DNA of 64,000 nucleotides, taken from the NCBI GenBank assembly GCA_963792415.1, contig CAWBVY010000004.1:1167-65166 (forward strand), in the 5' to 3' direction. Below are positions 57,643 through 64,000 of this stretch, piece by piece. How positions within the stretch are numbered: the stretch's first letter is position 1; every line of letters starts with the position of its first letter. Below the pieces are notes generated by a model. That model worked only from the letters and a program-made list of their open reading frames with translations, searched no databases and was not told where the DNA came from. The DNA comes from Candidatus Deferrimicrobiaceae bacterium (GTDB lineage Bacteria; Desulfobacterota; Deferrimicrobia; Deferrimicrobiales; Deferrimicrobiaceae). Position numbers and translations under genes: made by a program.

Positions 57643-59694
57643 TCACTCCGCCGCGAAGCCGTCCGAAACGCCGAGGAGCTCGCGCACCTTCCTTCCGAGG
57701 TCCTGCCGCCGGAACGGTTTCTGGAGGAAACCGCCGAACCCCGCGGCGACGATCTCGCGGATCCGCCCGCTCTCGTCGTACCCGCTGACCAGGATCGCGG
57801 GCACCGCCGGGGCGATCCGGCGTATCTGCCCCAGGGCGGCCTCCCCCGTCAGGTGGGGCATCACGAGATCGAGGATGACGAGATCGATCTCCGCGGCGCG
57901 GCGCCGGAAGATCTCCACCGCCTCGAGTCCGTCCCTGGCCTCGATCACCTCGTACCCGAGGGTATCGAGCATTGCGTGGACCACGCCCCGAACATCCTCC
58001 TCGTCGTCGGCCAGCAATACCCGGCCGGCGCCCGCCGACCGACTCTCCGCGGAGGGCGGCTCCGCCGCCGCGGGGACGTCGCTCACCGGAAGGAGGACGG
58101 TGCACGTCGTCCCCTTCCCCTCCCGGGAGACGACCCGGATCTCGCCGCCGTGGTTGTCGACGATGCCCCGGATCGCCGCCAGCCCCATCCCGCGGCCGAC
58201 GTCTTTCGTGGTGAAGAACGGCTCGAAGATGCGAGGCATCGTCTTGTCGTCGATGCCGGATCCCGTGTCCGACACCTCGAGGACGACGCGTCCGTCCACG
58301 GGCTCGGAACACGTGCGAACCGAGAGCCGGCCGCCGCCCGACATCGCCTCCGCGGCGTTCAGGCAAAGCCCGATCACGACCTGCTTCATCTGGGCGATGT
58401 CCACATGGACGAACGGAAGCTCGTCGTCGCATTCCGTCGAGAGCTCGACCCCGGGAGGGAGGGACGTCCGTATCGTCGGGAGGGTCTCCGACAATACGCG
58501 CGCCATCGTGATCGAAGTGGGCGCGTACTTCCCCTGGCGCGAATACGCCAGGAGCTGCCGGGTCAACTCCGCGGCGCGGTTCGCCATTCGCCGGATCACG
58601 TCGATATGCGGACGGGCTTGAGGGTTTCCCCCCGCGTGCATCGAAAGAAGCTCGACGGAGCCCTGGATCGCGGCGAGAACGTTGTTGAACTCGTGGGCGA
58701 CCCCGCCGGCGAGCATCCCGATCGTGGAGAGCTTCTGGACCTCCGCGAGACGGGCCTCCATTTTTCTTCGCCCCGAGATGTCGCGGGTAACTCGGAGGAC
58801 GCGCCGGTCCCCTTCCGGGCCTTCCGGGAACGGGGTCGATGACGATTCCACGTCCACGAACCGCCCGTCGGCGCTCCGCATCCGGTACGGGAGGGACGCG
58901 TCCGGCTTCTCCCCGCCCGCCGTGCGCCGGATCTCCGCGACGACGTTCCCGGCGTCGTCGGGATGGAGGAACCCCTCGATGGGCGAGCCGTTCATCAGCT
59001 CCGGGCGGATCCCCAGCATCGGGAGGGTCGCCGGGCTCGCGTAGAGGATGCGCCCCGTCGCGTCGTGGAGGGTGACGAGGTCGGGGGAGTGCTCCGCGAG
59101 GAACCGGTACCGCGCTTCGGACGCGCGGAGGCGGTCCTCGGCCCGTCGGCGCTCCAGCGCCGCGGAGAGGATCGCCGCGACCATGTCCATCGCGGACAGC
59201 ACCTCGCCCCCCCACGGCTTCGGCCCGTCCGTGACGTGCAGGGCCACGAATCCGAGCAGGCGGGTTCCGAACCGGAGGGGGATGAGCAGCGCCGAACGGA
59301 CGGGAAAGGGATCGAGGAGCCGCTTCAGCGGATCCGACGCCGGCAGGAGGGAGAGATCGTCCGCCTGGACCCTCCCCTCCGTCCGCATCCGGTCGAGCAG
59401 GCGCTCGAGGGCGGGGCCGGGACGATACGCCCCGTTGACGTCGGGAAGCGTCCCCGACTCCGCCGCCGGCGAAAAGGTCTCGGAACGCGTGTCCCGTGTG
59501 CTCAGGAAGAGACAACCGCCGTCGGCGCCGCTCAAGTCGAGGATCTCCCGGCACACCTCGTCCAGAAGCTCGTCGAAGGCCAGTCCCAGGGCGCAGATCC
59601 GCGCGATCCGCGGCACGGCCGAGGTCGGCACGTCCCTCGAAGGGAATCCGGACCCCTTCGGGGAACCTCCGGGAAACCGGATCGCATTGACCAT
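57643..59694 (-). CDS. Hybrid sensor histidine kinase (GAF/PAS sensors + HisKA + HATPase_c + C-terminal REC).
   Basis: H-box GVAHEFNNVLAAIQGSVELL. G-boxes DTGSGIDD / GRGMGLAAI. C-terminal receiver RVLLADDEEDVR ... DLVMPHLTGE ... K. Confidence 0.9.
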   Translation of the reverse strand: MVNAIRFPGGSPKGSGFPSRDVPTSAVPRIARICALGLAFDELLDEVCREILDLSGADGGCLFLSTRDTRSETFSPAAESGTLPDVNGAYRPGPALERLLDRMRTEGRVQADDLSLLPASDPLKRLLDPFPVRSALLIPLRFGTRLLGFVALHVTDGPKPWGGEVLSAMDMVAAILSAALERRRAEDRLRASEARYRFLAEHSPDLVTLHDATGRILYASPATLPMLGIRPELMNGSPIEGFLHPDDAGNVVAEIRRTAGGEKPDASLPYRMRSADGRFVDVESSSTPFPEGPEGDRRVLRVTRDISGRRKMEARLAEVQKLSTIGMLAGGVAHEFNNVLAAIQGSVELLSMHAGGNPQARPHIDVIRRMANRAAELTRQLLAYSRQGKYAPTSITMARVLSETLPTIRTSLPPGVELSTECDDELPFVHVDIAQMKQVVIGLCLNAAEAMSGGGRLSVRTCSEPVDGRVVLEVSDTGSGIDDKTMPRIFEPFFTTKDVGRGMGLAAIRGIVDNHGGEIRVVSREGKGTTCTVLLPVSDVPAAAEPPSAESRSAGAGRVLLADDEEDVRGVVHAMLDTLGYEVIEARDGLEAVEIFRRRAAEIDLVILDLVMPHLTGEAALGQIRRIAPAVPAILVSGYDESGRIREIVAAGFGGFLQKPFRRQDLGRKVRELLGVSDGFAAE

Positions 59695-59804
59695 CGACGC
59701 CTCCCAGCGAAACGATCGGTGAAATTATATCGCACCCGACCCCGGTGTACCGTACGGCACACTCAAGTCAGGTCAGGAACGGGATCCGTGAGGGCGCGCG
59801 AGAA

Positions 59805-60941
59805 TCATCCGGCCGAGGCGGCGTTCAGCCGCCCCTCGACCGCGGCGAGGAGCTTCCGGTGGGAGTCGAGGAAGCTCTTCACGCCCTCCTCCTCCAGGAG
59901 GGCGCAAACCTCCTCGATGCCGGTTTCCATCAGAGCGTAGTCGTCGAGGACCGCCTTCGCGGCCGCGCCGGCGCCCGAGAGGACGTCGACCACCACTCCG
60001 TGGTCGCGGAAGGCGTCCATCGTCTGGGGCGGCATCGTATTCACCGTGTCGGGCCCGATCAGTTCCTCGATATATTTCACGTCGGAATATTTCGGGTTCT
60101 TCGTCCCGGTGCTCGCCCACAGGGGCCGCTGCACCCGCGCGCCGCGAGCCGCCAGGGAGCGCCACCGCGGCGTGTCGAAGATCACGAGGAACCTCGCGTA
60201 CGCCAGCCGCGCGCTGGCCACCGCCGTCTCCCCGAGGAGGGAGAGGGCCGTCTCCGACTTCGGCGAGCCGGGCCACCGCTGCGCCGTGGAGAGGAGCAGG
60301 GCGTCGACCGCCGTGTCGATCCTCGAAACGAAGAAGGAAGCGACCGACGCGACGACCCGGGGATCCCCGCCGGAGGCGATCCACCGCTCCAGGCCGCGCA
60401 GGTAGGCCTCGGCCACCTCCTCGTACCGCCGCACCGAGAAGATCAGCGTCACGTTCACCGGGATCCCGGCGGCGATCGTCTCCTCGACGGCCGGAAGCCC
60501 TTCCTTCGTGCCGGGGATCTTGATCATCACGTTCGGCCGGCCGACGGCGTCGAACAGCTCCCGCGCCCGTGCGATCGTCGCCCTCGTGTCGCGCGCCAGG
60601 TCCGGGTCGACCTCGAGCGAAACGTACCCGTCGTCCCCCCGGGAAGCGTCGTACACGGGACGGAGCACGTCGGCCGCGGCCCGGATGTCGTCGGTGACGA
60701 TCGCCTTGTACGCCTCGAGGAGCTTCGCCCCCGCGCGCGCAAGCGCGCGGATCTGGGCGTCGTAGTCGCTGCCCGAGGAGACCGCCTTCTCGAAGATCGT
60801 CGGGTTCGAGGTCACCCCCCGGATGCCGTCCTCCGCGATCCGGCGGGCGAGCTCGCCGGACGCGATCATCCCCCGGTGGATGTAGTCGATCCAGGGGCTC
60901 TGGCCTGCCCTCCCCAACGCAACCAGCGGATTCGTCTTCAT
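59805..60941 (-). CDS. tal: Transaldolase.
   Basis: [12 protein letters not shown] ... [10 protein letters not shown] (Schiff-base Lys region). 378 aa, long-type Tal. Confidence 0.9.
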   Translation of the reverse strand: MKTNPLVALGRAGQSPWIDYIHRGMIASGELARRIAEDGIRGVTSNPTIFEKAVSSGSDYDAQIRALARAGAKLLEAYKAIVTDDIRAAADVLRPVYDASRGDDGYVSLEVDPDLARDTRATIARARELFDAVGRPNVMIKIPGTKEGLPAVEETIAAGIPVNVTLIFSVRRYEEVAEAYLRGLERWIASGGDPRVVASVASFFVSRIDTAVDALLLSTAQRWPGSPKSETALSLLGETAVASARLAYARFLVIFDTPRWRSLAARGARVQRPLWASTGTKNPKYSDVKYIEELIGPDTVNTMPPQTMDAFRDHGVVVDVLSGAGAAAKAVLDDYALMETGIEEVCALLEEEGVKSFLDSHRKLLAAVEGRLNAASAG

Positions 60942-62986
60942 GCCCGGACTCCTCCCCGGATCGCCGCGAGGACCGATTTCGCGCGATCGCGCACCGCCTC
61001 CGGCGTGATCCCCAGCTCACGGAAGACCCTGCCGGCCGGCGCGGAAGCGCCGAACCGGTCGATCCCGACCGACGCGCCGCGGTCCCCCACGTACCGCCCC
61101 CATCCGAAGGTCGACCCCGCCTCCACGGAGACGCGGGCGGGAACCGACGGCGGCAGGACCGCCTCCCGGTACCCCGCCTCCTGCTCCTCGAACCGTTCCC
61201 AGCACGGCATGCTCACCACGCGCGCCGGCACACCCTCCTCCGCCAGCAGCTTCCTCGCCGCCAGCGCCACGGACACCTCGGATCCCGTGGCGATCAGCAG
61301 GACGTCGGGACGGCCGTCCCCCGCGTCCTCCAGCACGTAGGCTCCGCGGAACACGCCGTCTTCGCGGAATACGCTTGAAGGCGGAAGGACGGGGAGTTTC
61401 TGCCGCGTGAGGACGAGCGCCGTGGGGCCCGTGGTCCGTTCCAGCGCCATCCGCCACGCCGCCGCCGTCTCGTTCGCGTCCGCGGGCCGGACGACGTGAA
61501 GGGTCGGCATCGCCCGAAGCGACGCGAGCTGTTCGACCGGCTGGTGCGTCGGCCCGTCCTCACCGACGCCGATGGAGTCGTGCGTGAACACGTAGACGAC
61601 GCGGCACCCCATCAGCGCCGCCAGGCGGATGGAAGGACGCATGTAGTCCGAGAAGATGAAGAAGGTGGAGCCGTACGGGATCACCCCCCCGTGCCGCGCC
61701 ATCCCGTTGAGGACCGCCCCCATCCCGTGCTCGCGCACCCCGAAATGGACGTTCCGGCCGCCCGGTTCTACATCGGGAAGGAACTCGCCGCCGCCCTTTA
61801 TCACCGTCACCGTCGAAGGGGACAGGTCCGCCGACCCTCCGGCAAGCTCCGGCACCTTCGCGGCGATCGCGTTGAGCACCTTGCCGGACGCGCTACGGGT
61901 GGCCATCGGACCGGCCTCGGGCGGAAACGTCGGGAATCCCTCCGCCCATCCCTCGGGGAGGTCGCCCCACATCCGCCGCTCCCATTCGAGGGCGAGCGCC
62001 GGGAACGCGGCGGCGTAGGCGGCGAACTTCATCCGCCACGCCTTCTCCGCCTTCTCGCCGCGCTCCAGCGCCTCCCGGAAATGAGCGAGGACGTCTTCCG
62101 GCACGAGGAAGGCCGGGGTGGCGGGCCACCCGAGGCGTTCCTTCGTGAGTGCGACCTCGGCCTCCCCCAGAGGCGCCCCGTGGGCGCCCGCGGTGTCCTG
62201 CTTGTTGGGGCTTCCGTACCCGATGGTCGTGCGGACGATCACGAGGGTGGGGCGCTCCTTCTCTCCGAACGCCACCTCGATCGCCGCCTCCATCCCGGCG
62301 AGATCCGTATTCCCGTCCCCGACGTTCACCACGTTCCACCCGTACGCCCGGAAGCGGCCCGCCGTGTCCTCCCGGAAGGCGAGGTCGGTGGACCCTTCGA
62401 TCGTGATCCGGTTGTCATCGTAGAACGCGACGAGGTTTCCAAGCCGGTGGAACCCGGCCAGAGAGGCCGCCTCGGATGCGATCCCCTCCATCAGGTCGCC
62501 GTCGGAGCACAGCGCCACGATCCGATGCGAGACGATCTCGTGTCCGGGGCGGTTGAACCGCTGCGCCATCATCCGGGAGGCCACCGCCATCCCGACGGCG
62601 TTCCCAAGCCCCTGGCCCAACGGGCCCGTGGTCACCTCGACGCCAGGGGTGTGCCCGGCCTCGGGGTGTCCGGGGGTCCTGCTCCCCCACTGCCGGAACT
62701 CCCGCAGGTCGTCGAGGGTCACGTCGAACCCGGTGAGGTGGAGCAGGGAGTAGAGGAGCATGGAGGCGTGGCCGCAGGAGAGGACGAACCGGTCGCGCCC
62801 GGCCCAATCGGGGTTCGCCGGGTTGTACCGCAGATACTTCGTCCACAGCAGGTACGACAGCGGCGCCAGCCCCATCGGCGCGCCGGGGTGCCCCGACTCC
62901 GCCTTCTGGACCGCATCGACCGACAGGAACCGGATGGTGTTGATCGCCCGCAACGCAAGCGCGTTGTTCTCCACGGTGGCCTCCAT
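60938..62986 (-). CDS. tkt: Transketolase.
   Basis: [25 protein letters not shown] ... GDGDLMEG ... [16 protein letters not shown]; 682 aa. Overlaps the tal start by 4 nt. Confidence 0.95.
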   Translation of the reverse strand: MEATVENNALALRAINTIRFLSVDAVQKAESGHPGAPMGLAPLSYLLWTKYLRYNPANPDWAGRDRFVLSCGHASMLLYSLLHLTGFDVTLDDLREFRQWGSRTPGHPEAGHTPGVEVTTGPLGQGLGNAVGMAVASRMMAQRFNRPGHEIVSHRIVALCSDGDLMEGIASEAASLAGFHRLGNLVAFYDDNRITIEGSTDLAFREDTAGRFRAYGWNVVNVGDGNTDLAGMEAAIEVAFGEKERPTLVIVRTTIGYGSPNKQDTAGAHGAPLGEAEVALTKERLGWPATPAFLVPEDVLAHFREALERGEKAEKAWRMKFAAYAAAFPALALEWERRMWGDLPEGWAEGFPTFPPEAGPMATRSASGKVLNAIAAKVPELAGGSADLSPSTVTVIKGGGEFLPDVEPGGRNVHFGVREHGMGAVLNGMARHGGVIPYGSTFFIFSDYMRPSIRLAALMGCRVVYVFTHDSIGVGEDGPTHQPVEQLASLRAMPTLHVVRPADANETAAAWRMALERTTGPTALVLTRQKLPVLPPSSVFREDGVFRGAYVLEDAGDGRPDVLLIATGSEVSVALAARKLLAEEGVPARVVSMPCWERFEEQEAGYREAVLPPSVPARVSVEAGSTFGWGRYVGDRGASVGIDRFGASAPAGRVFRELGITPEAVRDRAKSVLAAIRGGVRA

Positions 62987-63034
62987 TGATTGGGTCAGCG
63001 AAGATTCATCTTATCATCGCCGATCCCCTTCATT

Positions 63035-63727
63035 TTAATCCCCCGCCATGGAAATATTGAATTCGACGACCGAGGCCAGCCCGAGGAGGGTTTTCGACAA
63101 TTTCTCGATATTGTCGCCATCCATGGTTCGAACGGTCATGCGATATTCCAGCTGCTCCCCCTTTTCCAACAGTCGGTAGCTGACCTTGGCGACGGAAAAC
63201 CCGTTTTTTTCATGCAATTCCCTGATTTCCGTCTCGGACAGATAGTTGTCCCGACCGAAGACGATGGTGTTGTTCGCGAATATCTGCACAGGCATCCTGT
63301 TTTCCACCTTCCGGAAAACCGTCAATATCCCGACCGTGATGACGGATCCGACGAGGACGACGCTGTAGAAACCTACCCCGGCGAGAATTCCTATCGCAGC
63401 CGTAATCCAGATGGAAGCCGCGGTCGTCAACCCCCGCACGGTAAGTCCTTCCCGCACGATAACGCCCGCACCGAGAAAGCCGATTCCGGTCATGACCCCC
63501 TGCGCCATGCGCGTCGGGTCGATTCGAACGGTCTCGAGCGGCGCACCGGCAAACCATTTCGCCTGGTACATCGTGACGAGCATCAGCAGGCTCGATGCGA
63601 GACAAACCAGCGTATGCGTCCTGAAACCGGCCGGGCGGCCATGATAACTCCGCTCCAGCCCGATGATCCCGCCGGCCAGGGTCGCAACCAGCAGATGCGT
63701 CAATATATCGAGCCATTCCCGCTCCAT
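63035..63727 (-). CDS. mgtC: MgtC/SapB-family membrane protein.
   Basis: LLVATLAGGIIGLERSYHGRPAGFRTHTLVCLASSLLMLV ... GIGFLGAGVIV; C-terminal ACT-like domain. 230 aa. Confidence 0.85.
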   Translation of the reverse strand: MEREWLDILTHLLVATLAGGIIGLERSYHGRPAGFRTHTLVCLASSLLMLVTMYQAKWFAGAPLETVRIDPTRMAQGVMTGIGFLGAGVIVREGLTVRGLTTAASIWITAAIGILAGVGFYSVVLVGSVITVGILTVFRKVENRMPVQIFANNTIVFGRDNYLSETEIRELHEKNGFSVAKVSYRLLEKGEQLEYRMTVRTMDGDNIEKLSKTLLGLASVVEFNISMAGD

Positions 63728-63750
63728 GCCGTGAACTCCTTTCCGTTGCG

Positions 63751-64000
63751 TTACCCCCGGTAATGGTCGAACAGGATCTTCACGCCGATGGCGACGAGGA
63801 CGAGGCCGCCGACGACCTCCATCCGACTGCCGAAGACCGTGCCCAGGCGCTTGCCGAGATGGAGCCCCGCGGCGGTGAAGGTGCACGCCACGATCCCGAT
63901 CACGATTCCCGGGTAGACGATCCCCTCGCTGTGGAGCACGCCGAGGCTGATCCCCACCGCGAGCGCGTCGATGCTGGTCGCCACCGACAGGACGACCAGG
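63751..64000 (-). CDS. mntP: Manganese efflux pump MntP (partial; the 5' end lies beyond the window).
   Basis: ATSIDALAVGISLG ... GKRLGTVFGSRMEVVGGLVLVAIGVKILFDHY matches the C-terminal half of MntP. The ORF is open at coordinate 64000. Confidence 0.8.
   Translation of the reverse strand, partial: LVVLSVATSIDALAVGISLGVLHSEGIVYPGIVIGIVACTFTAAGLHLGKRLGTVFGSRMEVVGGLVLVAIGVKILFDHYRG

Noticed and set aside
1-64000. Mobile elements, transposases, integrases, tRNA/rRNA genes
   Set aside because: No DDE/serine/tyrosine recombinase-like ORFs, no tRNA cloverleaf-like or rRNA-like segments detected by eye.

Overview
High-GC (~65-70%) chromosomal segment from a Gram-negative, multiheme-cytochrome-rich bacterium; I cannot assign phylum from sequence alone. 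Gene density is high, and I found no rRNA, tRNA, CRISPR array or transposase.

From the left end to about 17 kb is a stress and envelope neighbourhood. It encodes a PAF-acetylhydrolase-like lipoprotein, AsmA, a cardiolipin-synthase-like PLD, CsbD, a DUF3943-like secreted protein, two PAP2 phosphatases, a HAD(beta-PGM)+GH65 disaccharide phosphorylase fusion, a secreted tyrosine phosphatase, a BON protein, an lmo0937-family mini-protein, a small FN3 protein and a LuxR-type two-component pair. These genes are punctuated by six copies of a previously unannotated ~75-170 bp conserved upstream element. All six copies sit 70-95 bp in front of a start codon and in the same orientation relative to the downstream gene. 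I read this as a putative shared promoter/leader or regulon signature.

The centre of the window holds an 8.6-kb cyclic beta-1,2-glucan synthase (NdvB/Cgs type: GT84 + GH94). It is preceded by a 56-aa exported peptide and followed by a sulfatase, an NtrC-type two-component system and a MucR/Ros regulator.

Beyond that come an MFS transporter and an NMO-family oxidoreductase. Then a complete lipid-A aminoarabinose operon (arnT-arnB-arnC-arnA(FT)-arnA(DH)-arnD), with ArnA split into two translationally coupled ORFs.

The right third encodes cytochrome P460, an MBL hydrolase, a Gly-zipper lipoprotein, GlgB, an MFS exporter and a metallophosphoesterase interrupted by an in-frame TGA. It also carries two tandem cytochrome c / 4Fe-4S / NrfD (Cbc/Nrf-like quinol:cytochrome c oxidoreductase) modules, one with a frameshifted FeS subunit. 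The remaining genes are a ferritin-like protein, TypA, a hybrid histidine kinase, tal-tkt, MgtC and a partial MntP.
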